Positions 24,501-38,171 of a DNA stretch of 64,000 bases are shown piece by piece. The DNA is from Ptychomitrium polyphyllum (taxonomy: Eukaryota). The first letter of the stretch is position 1; each line of letters starts with the position of its first letter. The notes under the pieces were generated by a model that was given only the letters and a program-made list of their open reading frames with translations, had not been told where the DNA came from and made no database searches. The stretch spans positions 1,240,001-1,304,000 of the forward strand of contig OZ316776.1 in the NCBI GenBank assembly GCA_973851085.1. Reading direction: 5' to 3'. The position numbers were made by a program, and so were the translations under genes.

Positions 24501-27500
24501 ACATCCACACCCTACCGAATCCCTCGCCTCACACATACGGAACCACGTCTCACCACAGCTAACGCGCCACAAAACCTCCACAACCGGCAACCCTTGCGCT
24601 TACCCGATCTCACAGCCGTCTCACCCCGAACATAAACAACCGATCGCGCCTGCATGTGAACTGGACATGCGATCGTCAATGAAGGTCGTTACCACTCACC
24701 TTCCTTACGCACCGGGCTCATCAAAGCACTCGCAGAAGACGACGAGAGACGCACGATCCTGATGCAGCAAACAGGAGCTAGACATGGAGAGGGGCAACCA
24801 AAGAACGGTAGAGGCATCCACGAGCGCTCTCTCCCACTCTATGCTCCCGTCCGTGCTGCTATCCTCTCCCCTGGCTATGGCGATCCGAAGACCGCAACAC
24901 CACACCAACTGCTCAGCAAACACCCGCACACAATAAAAACATCAACTGTACTTGCGGGCGATCGTCTCCCTCCCTTGGCACGCGTGCTTGTGCCATCGAC
25001 GGGTCCGGCTCTAGTCCACCACTCCGCGCTCGCCATGTCAGCCGCCATGTCGGCGACTTATATGCCTGCCAGGTCAGCTTTAGAGGAAGCTAACGAATGC
25101 ATACCAGAAAACCATTACCTTAACCCGAACGACCATTATCTACTTTTGATTGAGCGAGAATTCCTAGAATCTACAAAAAGAAAACCAAAGGTGGGTTTTA
25201 GGTTTGGAACCCGTAACCGTCCGTGGCGATCGTCTCCTTCAAGCTCTTGGGTCATCAAGGAATCAGACTCCTCTATGCCACTCCGTATTCGTCATATCAT
25301 GCGCCATGTCAGCGTAGTGGTGAGATGCCAGGTCAGCTTGGCGCCCATGCAGTACTAGCCTGATGGGCCTAGGTTGTTGAAATTGGTGCCTGGCCTAATT
25401 TGGCAGCCGAACCCCAAATCCACCGTGTTTAACTGTAACTGTTTACTGCGGTTTTTTAATTTTCCCTCCCTCTTTTGGGGCAGGATCTGAGTTTTCTCAT
25501 CAATGCTTGGGCCCTAAGTTGTGCATCATACTTGTGTGCATCTTTTATTGTTAAAATAGATGAGCAGTCAAAAGTAATCTGCTGGCTGTGAGAACTCTGT
25601 CCATCCTCTTCGTGGCTTTCAGGTACAACATTCGTTCATATTCTCTTTTCATCTGCAATTCAACTCTATTCATCCATGAGCAAACAGGTTATGTATAGTA
25701 ATTCTCTCGACGGCTTCCAGAGGCTGTTATCTTCACTGCAGAGCTTCACCGTCTTGGAAAGTAAGCACTCTTTAGGTGAAGATTGCAGCTGAGGTGATAG
25801 TACTGACCGAACATCAGGCCTATGATCAACTAAGTGATTGATCCCCACTGAGTTTACTCTATTCGTAAGAAAAGACCATCACTCTCAACATCAACAAGAC
25901 ACGCATTTGGCCTAAAATTGACTGTCCCATGAGGCACAAATGGCACCTGCATCTGCTGCAGTCCTGGTTACACCAAATAGGCCTCATCTGACTTTCACTT
26001 ATATTATCACAACTCACGTACAGTCATCTCATATATTAGATATTTCCAAGGGTGATAGATTCCCAAATTACTGGAGAGAAAGAAAATCACCATGCCGTTG
26101 GGAACTGATGTACGTAGAATGTGAAGCTTGAGTTATGAAAAGAATATTCTGTAGACTCACTTGATTATTAGTTAACTATTGAACGTGCATCCACTAACAT
26201 AAGTAGCAAAATAAATTTCTGAATTAACTTTTTCAAGTGACCTGGGTGAGACAACTCTACTAAAATCTTGGACGATCTCACCATTAGAGGATACCCTGTG
26301 TTAAACAGAGTGCCCCAAGCAGCCAGCCTTCTGCAGTGATCTCTAATCCACAAAAATGATCTTTACCCCCGCTGCCTAGTCTAAAGAAGTCTTCCAGAAG
26401 TATTGCAACATATCTACAAGTTCGGTGATCTTTGATAGCACCAGTAAGTAGAACATTTCCTCTAACTTTGTTCTACCCTTGAGGTGTTCCCTAACATGAA
26501 GTGACCTAAACCTGTGAATGTTGATAGCCATATTGGTTGTCGATATCTTGTATTCACCCAGCTGGAAGAGCTTGTCCCTGATAAGCATCCCGCCTAAGGT
26601 CTGTCTCAGAATCACTCCATATGTACAGTGCAAATGAAGAATGATGCTTATCTTCATCTCTATTAAGAATTAGGTATTTGGTATCGTGCAGAAATCCCAG
26701 ACATCATCCACGTTTCGAGACTGATCAGAGACAACTGTCATACTGAAGAGGGGAAATGGTGCACCAATTGTCGGCAGCAGATGCTCCATTAGAACGATTT
26801 TGAAATTGACCATTCTCCAATCCTCCATAATATCAATTGGATTGTTCTGATCCGCTTCGATAGTCGTGTCTGGCTGCATCAATGCTGACAGGGGACATGA
26901 ATGCTTTGGTTGCGTCTATTAGAGGGTTGTGAATAACCGTAGCCTCCAGGTGAAGCTTGCTCTTCGTTAAACAAATTTCAGTAGGAATCGATACTGTGAT
27001 CTTTACTGTCGACGTCGACAAATCAGATAGTTCTGACAGGAAGAAAGTACAGACAGTTGCGTCAAGCAACTTTCATGGCGAATGACACTAACTGACACAT
27101 TAATGTTCTATGACAAAGTCTGTAAGGCTTTATTTTCCAAAGAAAGATCAAGCCTAACTAAGATTTGAGCCAGTGATTACCAGCTTATACTTAATTTTAC
27201 CAGCGACAATGATGTCCATAGGTTCTTTAACCTGAAACAGAGCACAACACAATCATCACCTGAATAACAGGTTGCATATATCACAACTCATTGCTTCTCG
27301 AACAAGCGTACCCTTATTACTAGCAAAATAAGAGAAACCTCAAGTTGCAGGTTATTGTGTTAGCTACCAGAGTTTTGTGCAAATTCACTCGCAAATTCAC
27401 CAGATACAGGCATCAAGCTACTTCCTGAAATACTTCATACGCTAATGCTTTCCGGAAAAGTTCAGGTTGGAAGAACCTCAGTAGAACTATCAAGATTTGA

Positions 27501-30500
27501 ATTATGGTTCATTGAACCAAGCTTTGCAGGAGCTCTCTATTCCCGGAACTTGAGTAACCATCTGGGGGCCGAAAACACTCATTAACTGCCGCATATTTCT
27601 ATCCTAAATCAGCTGCGTCTGCAAAGTATCCCATACCTTCCCTAACCATGACCTCCACCTACTCTTCAAAATATTGCAATTCCATATATAAAGTGGTTAG
27701 AATCAGCACTTCATTCGGGCAGCCCGTTCAGAAACAAATGCGTCCTCAAATTTGACAATTGATGAATTTCGAAACAGAGAGGCGTCATGCTTCACGGACG
27801 TAGCTCGGCTTCACATTAGATGTAATGACAAGAAACAATAGCCTTCAGAAAAACAATCAAGTAAAGGAACATGATTGTTGCAAAGCGATTACTTGCAATC
27901 ACGAGCATGAATCTTTCCAAAGCAGCCACGCAGGATAAGATAAAACCACGCCATTAAAGCGATAAAAAGAAGCACGTCGTCGACAAACTACCAGAGAAGT
28001 AGCTCGTCGCATACGGTAACGGTTAGGAAAAACTGCCGAGCTAGGGACAACAAGGTTTATTCACAGAAACAACTGCAAAAACAAGTGCCACTATATCACA
28101 TTCCCCAACCTAAAGCGCAAGCATCCTCATATTCCACCTAGCAACCACTGGGTCGAACAACAGCAGCCATTTCCGATGCGAAGGACAGAAATTTCCGTCT
28201 CGATCACGAAACTAACATCACCACTACGCAATTCCTACCATATGATTGACACATACCTTGAGGAAGTAAAGCATCACAATCTGTCTCTTCACATGACAGA
28301 AGCAGCAACATCGTCACGGACTTCCCTTGCAACCTCGGATGAACTCTCCTTCACGCCATTTGGATAAAGATCTTCGTCAGAGTGTAGGAATAAGAATGAA
28401 ACAACCAAGCACACACCTGGTGGCATGGAGCGAAGAACTGGAGCTGGGCAGACTGAGCGTGAGTGTGGTGGCGATGACGGGCTGGAGATGGTGTTGTTGG
28501 AGCTTGTGCCAAATGACCCTCTGGCACAAAACAGTTCAATAGCCCACGGACAACAATCTGATAACTGCCGCAGTATGCGATTATATACAATTCATGCAAT
28601 TAGAGCAAATTCCACTGAAACTTGAGGCTCTTCATGAGCATGACTAAACGATTTCCACATATACTAGTTTGTTTCGGTTTACATTCAATGTGATTATTTA
28701 TTGCTTTCTCACATTCCAAGGCGGAGGTAAGTTCCTTTTAAGTTTATCTACCGCAGAATGTTATAAAACTCGGTGATAAGAGTTTGAGAAAGAATCACAA
28801 ATTATAATTGTGAGATCACATGACTAACTTCAATATATTTTAAGAGTGTTTAATTTTGGTCCAAGTAGTTGTTCGAACATAATGTTTTGTGTTTTGGCGT
28901 TGTGTAAAGTTTTGGAAATTGTACTTTGCTTATGTCAGCCCGGCTGGAATAAAGTCAATTAATTATATATTTCCTTAGGTTTGTATTGATGCATAAACTC
29001 TAAAAACATTTGGTAGGAAGTTGTTGAATTAAAGATGAACAGGCAACCATGGAGCACTTTGGTGTTCATCATTGCCAATTGAACTGATGAACCTCACTTG
29101 CAGGGAACTTCAATAAAAAGAGGTCATGCAACCCCACTGCTATACTCTCTAGGCATCTCTGATCGTGCATATAGTAGTGTATGACCATCGAAGGTTTCCT
29201 TGATTTTCACTTTCAGAAGAATCTCTCTGCAGTTGGAAACTGACCTGAACCTTCACATTTTGTCAGTAAGAGAGACGAACTTAAAAGTGCTACAGTGTCT
29301 TGATGATGTTTATTTAATCTAAACACAAATAAACCATGTACGCTCTACGCACATGATGTTCTGCGAAGAAATCTGATTTTGCTTAGAGGCAGAATTAAGT
29401 GATGAAAGTGCAGCTGCGTTACAGGTTGGAGAAGCTGCGAAGTCTGTGCAGGATTTGAAGAGCCTTGCACCCGATTGGCTCACAACTTCCGCTTTGACAA
29501 CCTGTACCTAGGAATCTGTTTCACGAGGAAAAAACGACTTAGAGATGAAAAAGCATGGGTTTCTTGGAGCAAAGGACTCTCATGATGCAGCTTTGCCACT
29601 CCAGATTCCAGGTATCAGTTATACGATATCATGCTTTATGTGGGTACAGCTTGGTTTCTGATAAGTAATGGCCAACGTAACCCCCAGCAATTACATGCAA
29701 AGAAAACCACTTTCATTTATGTACAACAGTAAAAGAGAAACCAAAATAGCAAAATTCCTGTTGAGTACATACAGTTTGATTGACGTATTCGAAGTTGCAA
29801 ATGGCACTTCTTTGTACACCAAAGAATATGATGTATTCTGGTATCTCACTGGAATGTTGGATTTAAGCAAGATCGACCCACTTACTGGAAGACAGCAGCT
29901 GGATTGAGCAACTTTGTACTCCCGCGGATTCCTGAACCTTGAGAAGTTAATCATGAGCTCATTTGATTAAAGGTATTTAATAAGATCAGAAACAGGCTGA
30001 GAGTATGGCTCAGCATATCCTGAGGAGGATAAAGCATGCAAATTCGAGAGTCCAGAAAATGACACCTAATCAGCTGCAATTTCCAAGTTGATCACAGCGC
30101 ATATCTTCCAGATTCGATTAAGTTAACATGTGAATCTCAAGCTGATAATCAATGTCACCACCAGATTCAATCACGTTCCCACCGAAAAGCATACTTGTAT
30201 ATAACATTACTCGCAATTAGTGAGACTAACCCTAGAAAACAACTAGATTAATAAACAAGAAGAGATTCTGAGTTGGCAAATATGAAAAGCTGATACAAGT
30301 TATCACGACAGCTGCACTAACTGGCCTTCTCTATCCAGTTACATCCTCACCTCTCCAACATGGGACCGTTCTAAATCAACCAGACACGTTGATTTCTTAT
30401 GACCTTCACATCCCCTCTCCATTCATCACCCATCTAGAACATCTTTCGAGCGGTATCAACTTCCCAAATCAATTAATTGTCAGCTTGCGTAATATACACG

Positions 30501-30662
30501 GAGCAACGCTAGCAGGCTATCAATTAATCGAGGATAGATCAAGCTCTTAAAGGAGAAAATATGGAGGTCATGAAAAGGAAATCAACGACTCAATGGTCAA
30601 TGAAAATTAAAGATGAACAAACAGTGTGTCTCTGCCAGGGTAATGTATAAGCCTAGATCTAA

Positions 30663-33600
30663 TTAGTAAGCCTCAGCACGTGTGATAGCGATCGGACTCT
30701 GCACCAATCGGGTTTTGTCTGACCAAGTGAGGAATCCAAACACCGTCTCAGACTCACCCGGGACCAACCCCGTCGGCGATGTAGCAATATGCATTGTAAA
30801 GGTCTTCGTCTCGTTCACTGCATTGAATGCCAGAACCGCAGGCTTCACAGTGATGCTCACGCCCCGAGGTGCAACAATGGTAGATGTGTACACCGACTTC
30901 GCAGGTCCTACGTTCGTGACAGTCCTGGTGAGGGTTGTGGACAGATATTTCGAGACAGATTGGTCGAACATCACCGAGAAGGTTGGATAATTCAAGTCCT
31001 GGGGCTTGGGGGGTGAAGCAGGGCATGTACTCATATCATGGCTGATGAGTTGAATAATCTTGTCCGTGTAATTTAACCCGCACAGGAAGTTGACATAGTC
31101 TTGGGCACCGATGTCGTAAACCAGCCCCGGATCAAGTGCCCTGTCTGGCCTAACATGGCCAGCGCCAAAATCAAATGGAGAGGAGATATTCCCCGTGGCT
31201 TCGTCGAGCATTACGTCGTCTGTGCTGTCGAATATCGATGCTGTTGTCATCAAAGCCGACTTGATTGCTGCGGGGCTCCATGTTGGGTGCGCATCCTTGA
31301 CCAGTGCTCCCAGTCCACTCACGTGAGGGCAAGACATGGATGTCCCGGAGATGATGTTGAACGTCACTCGCCGGTTGTCGAGGGGTAACCCGGTTGGCCC
31401 CATATCTCCCGTCCAGGCAGCCAAAATATTCACCCCGGGTCCCAGAAGATCAGGTTTAAGAATCTCAGGTGTCTCAGAGTTCGGACCGCGAGATGAAAAC
31501 GACGCCACCACTGGAGTAGCTCGAGTATTGAACTGTGTGCCTTGGAAGTTAACTCTTGCTGTGGGAGTCTTTGATGCCTTGATGTGGGCTTTGATAAGGT
31601 CGCCTTCTTTCGACCCCACTGCGGTTGCAGGGAGGACATGACTGTCAGCAATAAGCCCTTCTCCATCAGTGGCAGTGTTGGCCAGAATCATGCCTACTCC
31701 ACCGGCTGCCTGGATTACGCCCCCTTTGGCGACTCTGGGATTGTTTCCTCGGTCGCAGAGCACAATTTTTCCCTTCACAAGAGCAGGGTCCAGAGAGCCA
31801 GAAAGACACAGGCTGGAGCTGTATGCGTCTGTAGCGTTGCCTTTCAATCCTGCGTCCTGAGCGTAGATGAGAGGGTATGCTGTGGTGCCGAGGCCCTTGC
31901 CGCTGTAGAGAGAGACCCCCTTGATGGCAACGCCGTTGTCCAGCACGACATTGGCTGGGAAGTCGCGGTCTAATGTGGAAGCGCCCACAGTGGTGATCCA
32001 TGGGGCAACGTTAGCAACGGTAATGGGTCCTGGCCCTGAATTTCCAGCTGAACATGCTACAAAAATTCCTTTTTTCATAGCTCCAAACGCACCGATAGCA
32101 ATGCTGTCGAGATAGTATGGAACAACGCCCCCGCCCACTGACAAGGAGATCACATCCACACCATCTGCGACTGCTTGGTCAAATGCTGCTAGGATATCTG
32201 AGTCGAAGCAACCTTGGGTCCAGCAAACCTTGTAGGCAGCAATGCGTGCTCGGGGTGCCATTCCTCGAGCAGTTCCTTCGGCATAGCCCAGCAAGCTTGC
32301 CTTGTACACGTAATGCCCAGCGGCTGTTGAAGCTGTGTGCGTCCCATGACCATCCGTGTCACGAGGGGATCGAGGCTCAAGGGTCTCATTTATGGGTCCC
32401 GTCATGGCCTCGTAGCCTTTTGAGAAGGACCTGAGAGCAAATCCAAAAATTGGAGAAGACAATTATTAGACTTAGTTGAATTCAATTCTTATACATAAAG
32501 CGGAGATAATTTCACTCTGCATCGCAACCTCAAAGCATCAGCTCATAAGTCACAACCATCAATCCGATGAGCTGAAAGCCTCTGAAATTAAAAACAATCC
32601 ACCTCTAATAATTTATCAAGCTATATTTGCGCCTTGAATAATGTATTCCCTCAAACCTCCGAGGTGCATGAAAATGGCTTAAGCATCGATCATGCATATA
32701 GCATTGCGAAGTCCACCTAGTCAGTTATTCTCCTACGGTACTTCACTTTTATCGACAGTAATTGCAAGCATTTTGAAAACGGAGACAGCAATAAAAGGAT
32801 AGGGAAGTATCATTGACCTACAGCACCAACTGTTCGTGCTGTTTCATGTATCCTTCTTGCTACTCAAAGTTCAGAATATGCTAGACTGTTGTGCAACTTC
32901 AGGAAAATATCACATGAGTTCTAGAAATAGCAAAGTTGCAATTACAGCCTCGTCCTAAGGCCATTACAAGATGTGAGTTTCAAACATATTCAACATCAAA
33001 ACCTTACTGAAGGAAACGTTGCTAAAGCATTTTACAAGCACTGCCATTTTCATATGTAGACCTACAGTTCAGTTTCTGGTCGATTGTGAGCAAAGAAAGA
33101 GTAGGATACCTGGCGCCGATGAGCTTGCGGTTGCACACAGAGGTATTAAAACCAGCTTCCATCTCGCATGCTCCTTTCCACCTTCGAGGCACAGTGCCGA
33201 CATTGTGGTCGACGAAACTGGAACTTTCAGGCCAAATGCCCGTGTCCAGCACTGCGATTATCACATCCTCCCCAAATTTGCTAACAGGCCACAAACCTTT
33301 CGATGCGTTCAATCCCAGAAAGTCAGGAGTGTGCGTAGTATGGAGCTCCTTCTTCAAGTCCGGAATGAGGCCATTTACTCCTGGCATTGTCTCCATAACC
33401 CGGACCTGCTCCTCTGTTAGCGTGGCGGAAAAACCATGTAACACATTCGAGTAAAGATGAAGCGGCCCCTTTGAAGCCTCCGCCTCGGTCTGCGCATACG
33501 CTGCCAGGCCTCCCATGGCTTGCACCTTCGCAGAATGCAGCACTGAGGAGAACCATACATGGCTGCTCGCAAACACGGCAGGCTTCGCTTCCTTGGCCAT

Positions 33601-33729
33601 TGAAATGATATAGCTCTTTGGCCTTGTGAACACCACAGAGGTGGGGATCTCAACACCTTCGCCTAGAAGAGCCCAAGATATGCATAGCATGATCAGTGCC
33701 CTCACCACGAAGCTCCGATTGCCGCCCAT
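30663..33729 (-). CDS. SBT1: Subtilisin-like serine protease (S8A, SBT1 clade-like), 2 exons (33729-33110, 32430-30663), about 795 aa
   Basis: Signal peptide, I9 prodomain ending LHTTHTPDFLGL, catalytic D (VLDTGIWPE), H (DGHGTHTASTAAG) and S (ISGTSMSCPH), PA domain and Fn3-like C-terminus. The GT-AG intron 33109-32431 restores KLIGARSFSKG. Confidence 0.97.
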
Positions 33730-35099
33730 GATGAGGAAACCAGTAGAACACCCACAACTGCGCCGTCCTGCTGTCCACCTGCCTAACAAATATCCCAACT
33801 ACCTCTAAGGCTCCTTGATATTACAGTACTCTCTCAAGGTCACCACATTTCCAAACGACGAGATAACAGTGATGATTCTTGGAAGAGTGAACTCGTGTTT
33901 GTTTGAAAGAAACGAGGGAGAATTCAATGGAGGACTTATCCCTCCTGGCTCTAGGCTTTAGCTTTCTTCCTCCTCAGGCTCTGAATCTGAGATCTTATGA
34001 CTATAATCGTTGATTGCGTCCACTCCAGCTGCTCCGGTCTCAACGACACGGCAACCACTGGCCATCAGCAACGGCACGATTGAAAACCATGCATGTCACG
34101 GTCCGATGAACAACTCTTCTCAGAACCTTCTTCTACACCCAAGAAGAAGACTTCGCTCCCTCCGAGACTCTTTAGACTACCACAACCAACTCAGAAGCGC
34201 AATATCTTCCTCGATTTTGCGGTTCCCCTCGACTGGTTGCAGGCGCTCTCTCCAGGCCGTAAAGCACCTCGGTAGCCTCAAGTACGAGAAATGGGTGGTC
34301 CCGCCAGCTTATGATACGACCTGCATCAGCATAGAAAAACGAGACGTCCATCAAATCTTCCATCTCAGGATGCGAGTACTACCCAACACACAACGCAGCT
34401 CACGAGGCGGCTTGGGGGGGTTTCTTGCAAATGCTCTACAATGTGGGCGATTTCCACCACGCGTCATATCTCAACTCCAAAAGAAAACAACTAGAAAAGA
34501 TGATCATTAACTCATGTCTACCATACCTGCAACTCCAAATGGCGAAGATCACAAGACGAAGAACACTCCCTGGTTGCCTCACATCTCGCTCTGTAACTTG
34601 ACCTGTAGATCGATCAACACCCTACCAACATTGGGAGCAACAATAATGTCGGCTCGAGAAAGACGCGCTTGCTCTGTGGCACATTTTTCCCTCAGCTAGC
34701 CCTACTTATAGAATCAGAAAATCAGCCCCGCCAGCGCCCGAGAAATCATCACCGAGCCCTTCTCCAAGCCTGACTGTATGTATGAGTTGTATGTATTAAT
34801 CACCACTGCACGAGAGGGATGGACACGGGATGCACTAGAGACGCCTCTCCTGGTCAATCTCCATCATTCACTACGACCAGCAAAAGCTTGACCTCTTGCT
34901 ATCATCCCCTGCACTAACCTCTATTTACAGCGTGATTTGAGGAAAGCTACACTCAGCATGCACTCACTCGGTGCCTCCCTCGGTGCCACTGCATTGAATG
35001 CATCGCCTCTCGAGCTCTGGTGCACTGCAACCCCCACTCCCATTTAACGGCCTCTTACCTACCCCCAGCAGCCCCTCAACACACGTTGGCCTTTCTCTT

Positions 35100-35695
35100 T
35101 AAACCCAGGCCTCATGTTCCAGGGCTAACGCAACATGATTAACTTAACTTGATCAGCCACTGAGATGATGTTAAGATGATATGGTGCAAATGCTTAAACC
35201 CAAACCTCATGTTACAGAACTAATCAGTTAACACAAGATGGTTTGCTTGACCTTGACACCGAGAATCATAGCATGGTGCAAATGGGAATAGGAATTATTA
35301 GGAGCTACGAGAAAATGGTTAACTGAACGCAATCAGCCACTGAGATGATATTGAGATGACATGATGTTACAGAACTGATTAGCTTAACGCAGGATGGTTT
35401 GCTTGACCTTGACACTGAAACTCATATCATTGTGCAAGAAGGGAACAGGAATTATTAGGAAAATGGCTAACTTACCTTGTACAGCCACTGGGATGATATG
35501 GTGTGTTCAAAGTTTAAATCTCATCCTGTAGAGCTGACACAAGATGGTTACATGAGCTTGACTAACCACTGAAAGGACATGGTGGTCTTAATCCGGACTC
35601 GTATGCTACGGAGCTAACCCAAGCCTTCGGTGGGTTAACTTAACTTAACTTAACTTGGTCTGTGAGGAAATGATATGATGCAAATGGGAATAGGG
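35100..35695. repeat. Degenerate tandem repeat of about 150-180 bp, about 3 copies, upstream of the subtilase
   Basis: cagccactg(a/g)gatgat recurs at about 35154, 35334 and 35482. gatggtttgcttgaccttgacac recurs at about 35237 and 35393. ggaattattagga occurs twice. Confidence 0.7.
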
Positions 35696-38105
35696 CCACC
35701 CATGTCTGTCAGAAGGCGAGGCTGCAATAAAAGAGCAAGGCGGGGGTACAAGGGGTGGGAAAAGACAGCAGAAAAGAAGCGGGTGGGAGAATGTACCCCA
35801 CTCCTTAACCTCACTGACAGGGCTCATGTGGTGCCTAACTTACAGGTAAACATGAGGGTGATTCACTCCTCAGGAGAGGCTCAAAGCAGGCGCTTTGATG
35901 AGCAATCTTACCAACCTTGCTTCACCGCTAATCGCCAGTTGCAGTAGTTGTGGGAATCCCAGAGTGGTCTGGAATCAGAAGAAAGTGTGAGTAATAGTAA
36001 TTTACGATTCTCAAAGTAATTGTGTAGTGTAGTGTGTATAGTGTGACCTACAATAATACTTTAATTTCCAGTTTGGTGTGAATAAAAGGATAACAATAAA
36101 AACGTTTTTGGTATTCTTTTTTGAAAATTTGACATGTAGTTATTAGTGTTTTAATAGAATAATGTTTGATGATTAGTTGACAAATTTTTATAAGAATTCG
36201 TATGGAAGCTAATGTAAAATCTCACATTAATATTGGACCTCACAATATTGGCAATGATTAGTATAGGGAGTTTTACATGAATAATGTAAGTTGAATTATT
36301 TGTAGTTTAAATTTGCAAAAGTGAAAGTAAAATTTCAAATTCTAAAATGGTTGTAAATGTATTGTAGGTCTCATCACCATCCAAAATGCATCAAAAGTGT
36401 GATTTGGTGTTAACTATACCAACCATCTATGTAAGGATGTGATGTTTTATATTAAATGAAATTTCTAGGAATTAGCAAAAATATATTGTTCATATAAAAA
36501 GACATAGTTGTTAAAGAATTCTATCTTGGATGTAAACTATAATATTTTGATACCAATAAGTACTAGAGATATTAAAAAACTCTTTTAATATACTGCTCAA
36601 ACAACTTTTTTTTGAGACTTTATAATTATTAATCTTTGTGATTGTGGAGTGCGGCTTTGTAGAATTCAGTGTAATAAAGGTTTGGATAATTGAAGATCAT
36701 ATTGCGGACTTGCAATGGATGCAATTGCATGTAGGTGGAATCTTTGTTTTAAAGTGGAATTGGTGTTTTCTTTTTAAAATAATTAATAAGTCACTTAATA
36801 GTAGTTGACTTTGCAAATGATGTGTCATTTCCTAAGTGAGCTAAGATTGTGCCAAAAACAAACACCTAAAATAGGTCACTGGTCATTTAAGATAGTAATC
36901 CACATTTTAAAATAAGTTTCAAAAAAGTTATCCAAACTTCTTGGTTATAAACAATTTTTGATGAATACCCTAGAAAAATTTCAAATTCTTACTAATTTTC
37001 CTATTTTATTTGATTTCTTATGGAAAAAATAACTTTAAATTGAATAATTATGGCTTCAAAGATTGACATGGTGTCACCTTCTTCTACTCCAAATTCTTTC
37101 TATAAATACCAACTTCAAAATGCATAGATAAAGCCTCCATAGTTCCAAACAATTTGACATGAAAAGCACAATAAATAAACAAACTACTTTTGATCACATA
37201 ATACAATGATAGACATGAACATTTTAAAAATATTTTTAGTATGATGATATATTAGGTAAACATACAATTATTTGGGAAAAATAAATGATATTTAATCCAT
37301 GCTACATGATATCCATTTATTATTATGTAATAATAATAATAACACTTTACTTTTTTTTTAGGATTAATTGAAATAAAAATATAAAATTTATTTATAAGCT
37401 AAAATAAGATATACTTCAAAAATTAGACATTATAATTGAAAATTAAAGAAAGCACCTTTGATAGATTTATTAGCTAAGTCATGAATGGAAAACATACATA
37501 ATGAGAGAATGTGGCTTTAAAATTATTCATAGGTCATATAATCAAAGATCATACATATACACAAGTTTGGAAATGTATTTTGCATAATATATTTAAGCTA
37601 ATATAAAATAAATTTACCTAATGTTACAGGCCTACTGGGTCTACCATTTAAGCTAATAACTAAACAAATACAAATATTTGAACTAATTCATGAAACAAAA
37701 AACAAAAGAAAAATTAGATATTATCATCTACCACAATGATAAGTTTCTTACATCTTACCAAGTGTTAAAATACAACAAATGGTTTGATTGAACCAAATAA
37801 TATCGTATTATCACATTTGCAATCACCACATATCCAACAACCAACAGAAGTTTTATATTTTGCCATGGAAATCAAGGCATCGTTTAACCTACACTAAAGT
37901 TGAACCAATTTTTTATTTAAGGGTGGTAAAACTTTGCAGACCTCACTATACATGGATGAAGGGCAAACAAGTTGAGGCCTTGACCTTCCTTACTTGTACA
38001 GAGGCTCAAAAGGGGTGGAGGCCTTGACCTCTTTTTCAACCTCCTTCGGAAGTGAGAAAAATAAATGAAGTGAAATGTTACCACAAGGATCACACAAGTA
38101 CATAC

Positions 38106-38171
38106 GGATATCACCCAAACACTTACCAGATATCACCCAAACACTTACCGGATATCACCCAACCACTCACC
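38106..38171. repeat. 22-bp tandem repeat x3 (ggatatcacccaaacacttacc, near-identical units)
   Basis: Read directly from the sequence. Confidence 0.85.

Noticed and set aside
24762..25358. 198-aa plus-strand ORF
   Set aside because: Overlaps the GC-rich presumed promoter/leader of the opposite-strand gene. No recognisable domain and no supporting exon structure.
32431..33109. Subtilase intron donor GTATCCTA resembling a U12 5' splice site
   Set aside because: No CCTTRAC branch site near the acceptor, which has an ordinary U-rich tract and CAG. Probably U2-type.
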